A stretch of 64,000 nt of DNA. Source: Methanothrix sp. (GTDB taxonomy: Archaea; Halobacteriota; Methanosarcinia; Methanotrichales; Methanotrichaceae). The notes beneath the pieces are model-generated. The model was given only the letters and a program-made list of their open reading frames with translations, made no database searches and was not told the DNA's origin. The stretch is from NCBI GenBank assembly GCA_963682135.1, contig OY821645.1:288001-352000 (forward strand), written 5' to 3'. Both the position numbers and the translations under genes were made by a program. Position 1 is the stretch's first letter. Every line of letters starts with the position of its first letter. Below, in pieces: positions 40,346 through 50,618 of this stretch.

Positions 40346-40488
40346 ACCATTTATAAATTTCTTGCTTTTCTTTTATTTAAATTTCTGAGCAGGTTGCGCG
40401 GCAAATTCGCGCGCAATAATTCTCAATTTTTTGGTATTGGAGCAGACTTTTAGGTAATTTTTCCGAATAATTACGCATCTGTAGGTCG

Positions 40489-41295
40489 TTGTGAAATGGT
40501 TTCACAAGGGTAAGCGGCCCTCCGCGCATAGGCATAGGTCTTACTGATGGCTATTATTATGATAGTATTCGCCTGAAAATTCTTTTCACAACATATTATA
40601 ATGAGTTTTCCCTGTCTTAAGCATTCCTTGTGAAATACTATTCTGAGTACTATCAGGCCTTTATTTCGAAAAATAGCTTCAAATCATAGTTTTAAGCTAT
40701 TAACCACATCTACCAACTATCAGAAAGGTTTATATATCTCAAAACCTAGGTAAATAGTGTGCCAGAACGGCCAGACAACCTGTCTGAATACATCGGATAG
40801 GATGGCTAAAGAAGGCTTATTCGTCTGAGGGGATGGATGGACCTTGGCAATATATCAATGCAGTAAGAAAAGCGTATATGGTGGATAAATCTGAAAAATT
40901 TATTCGCCTTTGTGAAAGCATAACGTCACTGTAAGGGATGGCATGAGGAGTAGCAATGAAGGGGGAGATCGAAGCCTTGAAAGGCATCTTCGATATCCTG
41001 CAAAATGTGCTTCACAGTAATACACTTTCTTGCATATGGCACAAGGGGTAGCGAAAGGGAGTTCGTATCGGAAACGGACAATACGCCTGTACACAGACTG
41101 TTCACTGTCGGAAAGGGACGACTAAATAGCTCAGTTATGATGCAGACGATGGATTCCTTGGCCGATAAAATCCTTGTTGCTGGAAAGGGACGGCAATAAG
41201 GATTAGAAGGGAACGGCAAAGGATTGGGTCCGATACGAATTGTTGTAGGCCGGGATGTGAATACGAGGGCAATTGTCTACTGCTGTATTTCACAA
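40489..41295. promoter_or_regulatory. Cluster of six TTGTGAAA/TTTCACAA sites
   Basis: Exact copies at 40489, 40500 (together a palindrome with a 3-bp spacer), 40584, 40628, 40910 and 41288. Confidence 0.6.
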
Positions 41296-41526
41296 CCGGC
41301 CCGAAATTGGGGATGGCACGAGAATTTCAAGAGGGTAAAATTATGAGAGGGCATATCAAATTATTTACGCTGCAGATGAATCTAGATAGGGCCAGGCAAT
41401 ATAAAAATGCTGCTAGGACAGAAGATGCCTGCTTTGGCACCTGCCGAAATGAAGCCTCCTCTTTGCAGCATATATTCCTACCATCTTTGAAGATAACATC
41501 CGCAAGATGATTGAAGGGGGATTTAA

Positions 41527-41994
41527 ATGAGGATCCGGATAGAGATAGAAGACAAGGGCCTTAAGTCCTCCCATGAGTTTGAGTCGCAAAACATGGATGG
41601 AGAGGCCTTAAGAGACAGGATCATTGGCTTTCTGTCAGCTTCCGGTGTCTTTGAGAATAGAGGAGAGAGCGTTGCATCAGCAATGTCTTCTCGTGATTAT
41701 AGCAGCGGAACGCTCATGGACCGACTGGAAAGCTTCATTCGACATGAGTTTACCAATACCTGGTTCACAACTCAGGAATTAAGAGAGCAATACGAGACCG
41801 TAGCGGATGATATAAAGCTCTCCACAGTCTCAACCTATCTATCTCGCATGAATCATGATGGTCTGCTGGATAAAAGAGGGAATAGAAATAACCGGCAGTA
41901 CAAATTGATGGAAATTGTCGATGAGGGCATGGCATCGCAACATAATTATCAACGCCAAACTAGCTATGAAAAGAAGAGAGTAGAAAGCAGATGA
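41527..41994 (+). CDS. Winged-helix DNA-binding protein
   Basis: WFTTQELREQYE...IKLSTVSTYLSRM...GLLDKRGNRNNRQYKL. Confidence 0.8.
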   Translation: MRIRIEIEDKGLKSSHEFESQNMDGEALRDRIIGFLSASGVFENRGESVASAMSSRDYSSGTLMDRLESFIRHEFTNTWFTTQELREQYETVADDIKLSTVSTYLSRMNHDGLLDKRGNRNNRQYKLMEIVDEGMASQHNYQRQTSYEKKRVESR

Positions 41995-42122
41995 GAAATA
42001 GCCAGACCGGAAAAGAATCTTATGGATCTTTCCCACCACTGATACATTCTTTACCAAAGATTTCCGGTCCTGCTCCTCTGCTATAACCTTGATTATTATA
42101 AAACCATGGATCTGCCACCCAC

Positions 42123-45100
42123 CTAGGCTGTAGCATTTAGGCGAGCCTGAGTTAGATTGATGGCATACTGAGCGAACGAATTATTCTCATCCATCTCTAA
42201 AACATCTCTAAAAACCCTGAGAGCTTCTTGGTAATTGTCCTGGGCCACCAATGTCAGGCCCTGAAAATACAATGCATCGATATTTTGCGGCTGCAACAGC
42301 GACGCGGTCTCAAAGCTCTGCAAAGCCTCATCGAACTTTCCCGTCTGATTTTGCGCTATTCCCAGTCTCATCCAGGCGTCTATGTCCTGTGAATTTAGCC
42401 GGGTCGCATTGTGCAAAGCATCAACCGATTGACTGTAGCGGCCCAAAGAGTAGTACACCGCTCCCAGATTATACCATATCTCCTCATGAGATGAGTCGGC
42501 TCTGCATGCCTTTTCCAGGCTCACGGCTGCTTCCTCATACCGGCCAATAGAGGCCTGCATGCTTCCCAGATTGGACCAGGCAGCATAGTCTCCCGGATTT
42601 GCAGATACAATCTCCTGGAAGCATTTTATGGCTTGAGAGATGTTGCCGAGAGCTGCCAACGCCAGGCCCTTGCCCTGCAATGCATCAACATCAGACGGGT
42701 TGAAGCTAAGGGATCTATCGAAAAGCGGCAGAGATCTGTTGTATTCTTCCAGGGCAGCGAGAGCATTGCCCTGCCCCCAATAGCCATGGCTGCCGGGACT
42801 CAATACCGTGGCCTGCTCATAATAATGAAGAGAATCACTGTAGCTCCCTCTTTCATAGAGCACGTCACCCATGCCCAGGAGGGCGGCTATGTCTTTCGAC
42901 TCAATGGCAAGAGCCCGCTCATAGCTTTGCCTGGCGAGATCAAAATCCTTACCGCACAGCTGCACATTGCCAAGTCCAGCCCAGGCAGCCGCATTATTTT
43001 CATCCAGCGATAGGACCTGATCATAGAGTAGTTCTGCTGATTTGCAGTCATCCAATGCATATTGAATCTCGGCTTCTCCCAGCAATGCTCTAATATTTTG
43101 CCGGTCGATTTGCAGAGCGTTCTCATACAAGGAGAGCGCCCGATCAAAGAGGCTATTTTGCCGGAAAGCATCTGCTTTGCCTAGCATTGCCCGAACATTG
43201 TCAGGCTCCAAATTCAGGATACGGCCATAGGCAAGCATTGCACCAGAGAGATCGTTTTGCTCCAGTAGCATGTCGCCCTTACTCAGCAGTGTTGCCGTAT
43301 TATCTGGGTCCAGGAGAAGTATCCGGTCATAGCAGCTTAGTGCCTGCTCTTTATCTCCTTGAAGGTAGAGTGCCTCTCCTTTCCCCTGCAGAGCAGGCAG
43401 GCTTTTAGGGTCCTGGGCCAGAGCACTGGTAAAGTTTTCCTGAGCGCCAGGATAATCATGCAGCGCCAGAAGGCAGTATCCATTGCCAATCAATGCCCGG
43501 AGATCAAGTGGATCAATTTTCAACGCTACCAAAAATGCCTGCCGAGAGGCGTTGTAGTCCTGCTGAGCATAAAGAGTCTCAGCCTTTCCCAGCATTGACG
43601 CCATATCGCCGGAGTTATACAGGAGTGCTGCCCCGTAGGACTCTAATGCGGCATCGTATTCCTGGAGAGCAAAGCAGGCATCGCCCATGCCCTGCAAGGC
43701 AGCCGCATTTCCCTTTTCGTTCTTTGTTACGGAGGAAAAACACTGCAAAGCCTCCTGATATTTTGTCAATTGCAGCAAGAGACTGCCTTTGCCAAGCAGA
43801 GTCTGCGTATTATTATCATCGATCTCAAGCGCCCTATCATAGCTTTGCAAGGCGCCGTTATAGTTTTGCAGCTCTTCTTGCACCTGCGCTAGATCATTCC
43901 ACAGGGTGATATTCTCCGGACACTGGCGCAGGGCAGAATCGATGAATAGCCCGGCCATTCTATATTTCCCCATCGTCGCCAGAATGCGCCCCTTTAATGC
44001 CAGGGCTGGGACGCTGGACTGATTGATCTCTATTGCCCGATCCAGTGAATCAAGGGCCTCAGAATGCCTGCCCTGATGATAGAGGATCTGTCCTTTGAGC
44101 AACCATGCTTCTGGCCGGGCATCAAGCGCAAGTGATTTGTTGAGGCTCTCTAAAGCCAGTGAATAGGAGCCGTTCATGCTTTGCGTTCTTGCCAGTTCGA
44201 AATAGCGAGCGAAATCTGAGGCCACCTCGACCTCTTGTCGGGAAGCGTTCCCTGATTCGGCTTTTTTCATTTTGGCGGCAAGTGCAGCCGATGCCTTTTC
44301 TTTTCCGGCCAGGGCGCCCGTATCCAAGGGCAGAAGGACCAGAGCCGTATTGTAACTCTTGATGGCTTCTGATAAGAGACCATTGTCCAAGAACGTATCA
44401 CCTTTCGCCGTGAGAGCCTTGACCATACCGGAGACTGCCTCAGCACTTCTCGGAGCCAGGCGGGAAGCCTCCTCAAAATTTTCTAATGCCAGTGAGACAT
44501 TTCCTGCATCCAGAGCTTCTTCGCCCAGGCCCAGCCGAGCCCGAGCAGCTCCCTCCTTGCCCATCTCATCGGATGGATTGCCGCGGAGGATTTGGTTATA
44601 GCAGGCCAGAGCTTCCTCATATTGGCCCAGGCCGCTTAAAGCGTCTGCCTCTTGCACCAGCGCCCGGGCATTTTGCATATCGATGGCAAGAGCCTCATTG
44701 CTACTATTATAGGCCGCCGCAAATTTGCCTTTCTTGAGAAGGCTTGAGCCTTGAGCGAGAAGCACTCTGACCTGGCCCGCCTTGCCGGCGTCGTTCTGGC
44801 CGTAAAGTGAGGCATTCTTGAAGCTTTGCATAGCCTTCTCATAACTTTCCAGAGCAAGAGACGCATTGGCCATGCCCAGCCATGCCTCGACCAGGTTTGA
44901 CTGCAAGGCCAGGGCCCGCTCGTAACTCTGCCGGGCGTCGTCCCACTCACCGGCCAGCTCTTTGGCCTTGCCGTCTTCTTGCCAGAGGCGGGCATTTCGG
45001 GGATCTCTTTTCAGGGCATTGCTAAAGCATAGCTCAGCCATTTTGTATCGGCCCTGCCGGGAGAGTGCAGTACCTTTGCCCCCCCAGGCAGATGCATTTT

Positions 45101-45308
45101 CGGGATCGATCTTTATGGCCCGGTCAAAGCTTTCCACGGCCTGCGGAAAGCTGCCGTTTAAGAGAGATGCCTGGCCATTTTCCAGCCAGTAGGCGGCAGT
45201 ATCTTGAGCTGCCGAGGATGCCGGAAGGAATAACAGCAGCATACAAGCCAGAGTAGCGCTAAAATGCACCAGGGACGGGATGGAAAAGGACCTTTGCAAA
45301 GCAATCAC
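42123..45308 (-). CDS. Large secreted TPR-repeat protein
   Basis: Signal peptide followed by many 34-aa TPR units. Confidence 0.9.
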   Translation of the reverse strand: MIALQRSFSIPSLVHFSATLACMLLLFLPASSAAQDTAAYWLENGQASLLNGSFPQAVESFDRAIKIDPENASAWGGKGTALSRQGRYKMAELCFSNALKRDPRNARLWQEDGKAKELAGEWDDARQSYERALALQSNLVEAWLGMANASLALESYEKAMQSFKNASLYGQNDAGKAGQVRVLLAQGSSLLKKGKFAAAYNSSNEALAIDMQNARALVQEADALSGLGQYEEALACYNQILRGNPSDEMGKEGAARARLGLGEEALDAGNVSLALENFEEASRLAPRSAEAVSGMVKALTAKGDTFLDNGLLSEAIKSYNTALVLLPLDTGALAGKEKASAALAAKMKKAESGNASRQEVEVASDFARYFELARTQSMNGSYSLALESLNKSLALDARPEAWLLKGQILYHQGRHSEALDSLDRAIEINQSSVPALALKGRILATMGKYRMAGLFIDSALRQCPENITLWNDLAQVQEELQNYNGALQSYDRALEIDDNNTQTLLGKGSLLLQLTKYQEALQCFSSVTKNEKGNAAALQGMGDACFALQEYDAALESYGAALLYNSGDMASMLGKAETLYAQQDYNASRQAFLVALKIDPLDLRALIGNGYCLLALHDYPGAQENFTSALAQDPKSLPALQGKGEALYLQGDKEQALSCYDRILLLDPDNTATLLSKGDMLLEQNDLSGAMLAYGRILNLEPDNVRAMLGKADAFRQNSLFDRALSLYENALQIDRQNIRALLGEAEIQYALDDCKSAELLYDQVLSLDENNAAAWAGLGNVQLCGKDFDLARQSYERALAIESKDIAALLGMGDVLYERGSYSDSLHYYEQATVLSPGSHGYWGQGNALAALEEYNRSLPLFDRSLSFNPSDVDALQGKGLALAALGNISQAIKCFQEIVSANPGDYAAWSNLGSMQASIGRYEEAAVSLEKACRADSSHEEIWYNLGAVYYSLGRYSQSVDALHNATRLNSQDIDAWMRLGIAQNQTGKFDEALQSFETASLLQPQNIDALYFQGLTLVAQDNYQEALRVFRDVLEMDENNSFAQYAINLTQARLNATA

Positions 45309-45488
45309 TGACCTACTGAGAATTGCAGATGGGATATATTTCCAGCGCCTTAATGATATGCCGCCCTCATATGCTCCCTCAACTCGGGGGGAAACTAAAT
45401 AAGATTAAAAAGCTAACAATTAAACAATCAGAAATATCATCCGCACCAAGGGCATAGTCCTGGAGATGAGAGGGCAGCATTTTAGGAG

Positions 45489-46754
45489 ATGAAACATGTG
45501 AAAAGAATGGTTTCTCAGACGAAGCTTTACCTGATAATAATGGTATTAGCAGCATCGATCCTTACTATAAGCACAGTCGCTATGGGAGTGGATAGTCATA
45601 AGGCGATAACTCAAGATCTCATAAATTTAGTAGAGAAAAATCCAGAAATCGCGATGATGTTGGAAGAATCTATTGCAAAAGCTAAAGGAATAAATCCCGA
45701 TCCGCAAACAAATCCGGTTCAGAATTTATCGGACTACTATGATTTCATAGACAGTGCATCTGAGCTGATCCCGCAAGATGTACTTGATGATCCGGCTAAT
45801 CTCACACGCGACCAAATATTACAGAGCATCTGCTACTTCTATTTTCTGGTTGACCAGCCCCTGCCTGAATTAGAAAACAAAGGCCTGTTCAACAATACAA
45901 TTCAGTATTACGAACCATTCTCTACGTGGCTGCGCAGTTTTGCTGATACCTGGGGAATGTTCCTTGATACTGAAGAGTCATGGAACAATGAAACCTACCA
46001 GCAGTTTTATGACGATCCGATCTACGGTTTGCAGGGACCGTGGTATGAGTCTTCTTCCAATTGGACCACATTCAACAGGTTCTTCTCCAGATACCTGGCA
46101 TCGCCTGATCAGCGGCCTATCTCTTCGTCAAACGACACGAGTGTCGTTGTTTCGCCGGCTGATTCCGTGCCCCAGGGAACGTGGGCAATTGACAACAACT
46201 CAACCATTCTGGTGGATGGTGGATTGCAGGTCAAGCTTGTGCGCTATTACAATATCGAGGATCTGCTCGGCAATGACAGTGAGTACAAGGATGCCTTTGC
46301 CAACGGCGTGCTCACCCACACCTTCCTGAATGTAAATGACTACCACCGCTATCATTTCGCGGTTGGCGGAAAGATTGTAGACAATCGGTCCATAACGCAA
46401 AATGTGGCTTTAGAAGTTAAATGGAATTCGACAGGAAAGAAGTATGATCCAATCGACTCGACCGGATGGCAGTTCTCTCAGACCCGCGGCTATGCAATAG
46501 TAGATACAGGAAAATACGGTCTGGTGGCGCTTATTCCTATGGGCATGGCCCAGGTCTCTTCCGTCAACTTCGAGAAAGGCGTTGTTATGGGATCCGATCA
46601 TGAGAAGGGTGAAATGCTCGGCAACTTCCTGTTCGGAGGGTCCGATTTCGTTATGCTCTTCCAGAAACAGGCCGGATTTGAACTTACGGCGACGCCTTAT
46701 GTTCATATTCTCATGGGCGAGAAGTATGGAGTGATGAAGGGAACGGCTGAGTAG
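45489..46754 (+). CDS. Phosphatidylserine decarboxylase family protein with an N-terminal signal/anchor
   Basis: TFNRFFSR, VVSPADS, LNVNDYHRYH, and the FLFGGS self-cleavage motif. Confidence 0.85.
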   Translation: MKHVKRMVSQTKLYLIIMVLAASILTISTVAMGVDSHKAITQDLINLVEKNPEIAMMLEESIAKAKGINPDPQTNPVQNLSDYYDFIDSASELIPQDVLDDPANLTRDQILQSICYFYFLVDQPLPELENKGLFNNTIQYYEPFSTWLRSFADTWGMFLDTEESWNNETYQQFYDDPIYGLQGPWYESSSNWTTFNRFFSRYLASPDQRPISSSNDTSVVVSPADSVPQGTWAIDNNSTILVDGGLQVKLVRYYNIEDLLGNDSEYKDAFANGVLTHTFLNVNDYHRYHFAVGGKIVDNRSITQNVALEVKWNSTGKKYDPIDSTGWQFSQTRGYAIVDTGKYGLVALIPMGMAQVSSVNFEKGVVMGSDHEKGEMLGNFLFGGSDFVMLFQKQAGFELTATPYVHILMGEKYGVMKGTAE

Positions 46755-46789
46755 AAAAAGACCAGTGACTGGACCAAATTAAAAGTTAA

Positions 46790-47005
46790 GAATGCGGCGG
46801 CGCCCCGAATGCAGCTGATTGCAGCGGGTGCGCCGTGGAATTTTATCACTCTGATTGCCACTTGCCCCACCGGGAATGACTCCCCCAAAAGCACTGCAGG
46901 ATGCAGGGAAGGGACGAAGCCCAAGTGCTCCACGAACTGGCGGCTGTAGCCCTCGTGGGCGAGGAAGTACTGGTCCTGCCTTAGACCTGACGCAATCTCT
47001 CCACA
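46790..47005 (-). pseudogene. Remnant of an archaeal CTP-dependent riboflavin kinase (DUF120)
   Basis: Minus-strand translation GEIASGLRQDQYFLAHEGYSRQFVEHLGFVP resembles the RibK N-terminus (G.V.SGLGEG.YY...GY..QF...LGF.P); it is frameshifted or deleted afterwards. Confidence 0.55.
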
Positions 47006-47038
47006 CTACAGGCAAAAACCCTTCACCCATACGTCTTA

Positions 47039-47580
47039 TTAATCAGGTCTAGAGCCGATTTCTGCGCCCTGTCCACGATCTTTGCAGGAATGTAGGATCT
47101 CGGCGTCTGGGAGCGAGCCCAGGCAAATGAATTGCGGTCCGGCCACACTCGCCAGAACCTTGCGGACTTCAGCCAGCCTCTTTTTAATGACCGCATCCGG
47201 TGAACCTCTGTCGCCGTTCCCGTACAGGCCGTCCAGATCAAATCCTACCGCGGTGGGAAGAAGGCAATCTTGCATATCCCTATGAAAGTCGTTCAGGGTA
47301 ATCTTTTGCGGAACGGGAATGGTTTTAACGCTGCTGCCCAGAAGCCGGGTTGAGTTCTCATCCCAGACAATCCATTTGCCTTTTCCTTCCCCGGAGAGAG
47401 CTCTCTTCTCAGCCGTTCTGGGTGCGTCGATTGTCTCCCATCCGGATACTCTTCCGTAGGCATCTATTTGATCATCCTTCGGGTTAAAATGTTACAGAGC
47501 TCCTATGGCACCGTAGTGAAATGCAGGACAGGTGAAATTGCCTTCGTTAACTTTTTCCTGAGAATAAACTTGCAGGTAGG
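47039..47580 (-). pseudogene. Interrupted ORF, possibly UPF0489-like
   Basis: Reading frame VNEGNFTCPAFHYGAIGAL*HFNP...GFDLDGLYG with an internal stop; the family call is tentative. Confidence 0.3.
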
Positions 47581-47728
47581 GCATTAATCATGAATGAAAT
47601 GTACCATTAGACTAATAAATTTATCGCATCCGAAAGATGCCGTACGTCGCCGACTGCATGGCCCCTTCCAGCCAGTTGGCAGGAGCAAAGGCAGATTAGG
47701 TCCCAATGCAATTGGAGGTAGAGAGAGT

Positions 47729-48631
47729 TCAACGATTCTTCCCATATGTTCCTTCTTCGGCATGATGGTGATTATGTTCTTCTTTAGATATGTGTACGTG
47801 ACTTTTATGCTCATCCCCATGCACATGCAGATGCTCATGCACCAGCTTGCCGTGCAAATGAGTATGCTCGTGCACCAGATTGGAAGATAGCAGCAGCTCG
47901 TAATCGGAGAGAACGCTCTCTGCATCCCGGTCTATCTTAACGCCGTGATCCTCCCCCATGACAATGGCCCTCTTGCTGATCTGATCGATGATCTCCAGGT
48001 CATGAGTGGCAGTTATCACAGTCTTGCCGGCATGCGCCAGCTCCTGGAGAAGCTCGACCAGCCAGAGCTGTGTTCTGGGGTCCAGGCCTGCTGAGGGCTC
48101 ATCCAGCAAGAGCACATCGGGATTATTGGCAAGGACGGTGGCTATGCACACCTTCTTCTTCTCTCCCCCGGAGAGGGTATGAGGCGATCGATCGCGCAAT
48201 TTGCCGATCTGCATCATCTCCATGACATCTTCCACTCTGGATTCGACCACATCAAGCGACAGGTTAAGCTGTCGTGGTCCAAAGGCAATCTCCTCATAGA
48301 CCGTGGAAGAGAAGAGCTGAACATCCGAATTTTGAAAGACGAATCCCACCTTTGTCCGGAAATAGGACCGGAATTCATTGTCTTTAATGGCATCAAAGAT
48401 TTCTTCACTTATGAGATTGCCAAAGGCGTAGAATTCGCCTGAGCTGGGATAAACAAGCCCATCCAAAATGGCCAATAACGTCGACTTGCCGCATCCATTG
48501 GAGCCGATAATTGTGACCTGCTCCCCGCGATTTATCTTCAGGGTTACATTCTTGAGAGCGTCGATCTTCCCTACATAGGAGTAAGAAACATTCCTCAAAT
48601 CGAATATATTCTCCATTATTTTTTCCATCAT
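47729..48631 (-). CDS. ECF-type Co/Ni transporter ATPase (CbiO/NikO-like) with a His-rich tail
   Basis: GSNGCGKST, VFQNSDVQLF, LSGGEKK and LDEPSAGLDP; C-terminal HEHTHLHG...HNHHH. Confidence 0.9.
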   Translation of the reverse strand: MMEKIMENIFDLRNVSYSYVGKIDALKNVTLKINRGEQVTIIGSNGCGKSTLLAILDGLVYPSSGEFYAFGNLISEEIFDAIKDNEFRSYFRTKVGFVFQNSDVQLFSSTVYEEIAFGPRQLNLSLDVVESRVEDVMEMMQIGKLRDRSPHTLSGGEKKKVCIATVLANNPDVLLLDEPSAGLDPRTQLWLVELLQELAHAGKTVITATHDLEIIDQISKRAIVMGEDHGVKIDRDAESVLSDYELLLSSNLVHEHTHLHGKLVHEHLHVHGDEHKSHVHISKEEHNHHHAEEGTYGKNR

Positions 48632-48786
48632 ATGAACTTCGCCGTCAAAGCCTCTGGACAGCATGGCCATATGTACCTTTCCGCTCATGGAGAGCGATCT
48701 AATTATTATTTAACCATTATCGCAACCTGCATAATCAGCATCAGCTATATAAAGATCAAATCTAATTCCCCTACTCAGGTGATTGC

Positions 48787-49392
48787 ATGAAGAAGACGAT
48801 TTTATTGATTTCAGCCTTCTGTTTTTTGAATCTAATGGGCATGTGCATGGCTCAAAGCGATGCTAATCAGACTATGACAGTCCTCAAGCAGGATAGTGGC
48901 AGCAATATTTCCAATATGAATCTGACACTGTATTCTGTCGGTCAGGATTGGGGGATCGATGCATTCGGTGTCGGTGAAGCTGTAAAATTCACCGCGCCAA
49001 AGCCTGACTGGAAATTAATGCAGATACGGGTACTGGGCTGGAACGGCTTCAATGAAACAACTCTAGCAGTCCCTTCGCCGAGCAATTTCCTCATTGAGAT
49101 CAGAGATGAAAAACTTAACCTGCTTTACCGACTTGCAGATACACAGAACGCATACTTCACTCTGTCAGCTCCAGGTCTTATATCCATAGATATTCCCGCA
49201 CTTCCTTTGACAGGCGTCTTTTACATTATCTTCTATGATCGAAGCACCATGAGGATCGGGGTAGAGTTGGAGAATGGAACCGGAAACTCCTATCAATTCA
49301 ATAGCATGAATGGTGAGCTGATTCCTGCGGATTTCAAAATTGATAATGAGACGATCAAGGTAAATTGGGTCATCAGAGCCGTAGGTGAGTAG
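48787..49392 (+). CDS. Secreted hypothetical protein
   Basis: Signal peptide; beta-sandwich-like sequence ending NWVIRAVG. Confidence 0.7.
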   Translation: MKKTILLISAFCFLNLMGMCMAQSDANQTMTVLKQDSGSNISNMNLTLYSVGQDWGIDAFGVGEAVKFTAPKPDWKLMQIRVLGWNGFNETTLAVPSPSNFLIEIRDEKLNLLYRLADTQNAYFTLSAPGLISIDIPALPLTGVFYIIFYDRSTMRIGVELENGTGNSYQFNSMNGELIPADFKIDNETIKVNWVIRAVGE

Positions 49393-49432
49393 AAAAAGTT
49401 AACACCATTGGCTTGCATCCTTACTTGCGAGC

Positions 49433-50605
49433 ATGGACATATTTGATGTGGCAGTCATCGGCGCCGGGCCAGCCGGTTCTATGGCTGCCAAGTATGCCGC
49501 TAAAGCCGGTGCCTGTACAATTTTACTGGAAGAGCACGCCGGGGCGGGATGGCCGGTGCAGTGCGCTGGCCTCTTGGGCCTGGAGGCTATGGCCGAGTCG
49601 GAGCTTTCGCCCGGCCCCCACGTTCTGCGCGCCATGAGAGGGGCGAGCGTTTTTTCGCCGGGAGGTGCACGCCTGGACTTCAAAGCCAGAGTTCCTAAGG
49701 CCTGGGTCGTGGACAGAAGGCTCTTTGACCAGGCGATGCTTGCCCAGGCCGTGGCCAAGGGTGTCAATCTTCGTATCTGTACAACTGTGCGACAGATAAG
49801 GCGGGAAAAGGATGGCAGTATCCTCACCCTCTCCGGGGACGAGGAGATAAAGGCAAGGATTGTGATATCAGCGGAGGGCGTCTCCTCCCTTCTCGCCCGC
49901 CGGGCCGGCATCTCGCCGCCTCAGATGATCCTCTCCGGTGCCCAGGTGCAGATACCATTTGCAGTAAATGATCCCGAAAAAGTGGAGGTCCATCTGGGAG
50001 CGGCTCCCGGGCTTTTCGCCTGGGTGATTCCCCTAAACGAGGGCTCGGCTCGCATCGGTCTGTGCGCCCGCGATCGAGGGTGCGAGCACCTGCGCACTTT
50101 CTTGAAAACGGATGTTATCAAGAAGAGGCTGCAAGGCTCCCCTGTGGCCCTTAATGTGGGCGGCCTGCCCCTGGGACCGCCCACGGCCACTGCTGTGGGC
50201 GGCCTGCTGGCCGTGGGTGATGCGGCAGGCCAGGTCAAGCCCACATCAGGAGGCGGAATCTATCCGGGTCTGGTGGCCGCCAAGATTGCGGGCGGCGTGG
50301 CGGCGGCTGCGGCAATGGAGGGCGATATCTCCGCTATGCGGCTCATGGAGTATGACCGGCTCTGGAGGGCGGCCCTGGGCCGAGAGCTGGAGATCGGCAT
50401 GAGGGCCAATCGCATGCTGAGCAAAATGGACGATGCTGAATTGGATGAACTGGTGGGCTATCTGGCCCGAAAGCCCCGCCTCATAAAAGCCATTGAAGAG
50501 CATGGAGATATCGACCGGCCCAGCCGTCTCATGGCTCGCATGCTGCGCCACCTGGATTGGGATGCCATCCGTCTGGCCTGGCTGATGGGATATGCTTTGG
50601 GATAA
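49433..50605 (+). CDS. Geranylgeranyl reductase family flavoprotein
   Basis: GAGPAG, PVQCAG, DRRLFD, FAWVIP and VGDAAGQVKPTSGGGIY. Confidence 0.9.
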   Translation: MDIFDVAVIGAGPAGSMAAKYAAKAGACTILLEEHAGAGWPVQCAGLLGLEAMAESELSPGPHVLRAMRGASVFSPGGARLDFKARVPKAWVVDRRLFDQAMLAQAVAKGVNLRICTTVRQIRREKDGSILTLSGDEEIKARIVISAEGVSSLLARRAGISPPQMILSGAQVQIPFAVNDPEKVEVHLGAAPGLFAWVIPLNEGSARIGLCARDRGCEHLRTFLKTDVIKKRLQGSPVALNVGGLPLGPPTATAVGGLLAVGDAAGQVKPTSGGGIYPGLVAAKIAGGVAAAAAMEGDISAMRLMEYDRLWRAALGRELEIGMRANRMLSKMDDAELDELVGYLARKPRLIKAIEEHGDIDRPSRLMARMLRHLDWDAIRLAWLMGYALG

Positions 50606-50618
50606 TAGTAGTATTTTA

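Noticed and set aside
40956-41051. Short ORF ending in TAG as possible pyrrolysine read-through
   Set aside because: No protein-like continuation, and Methanothrix is not known to encode Pyl.
46790-47030. Structured RNA (RNase P or SRP) in the GC-rich gap
   Set aside because: No RNase P or SRP consensus motifs were seen; a riboflavin-kinase remnant explains it better.
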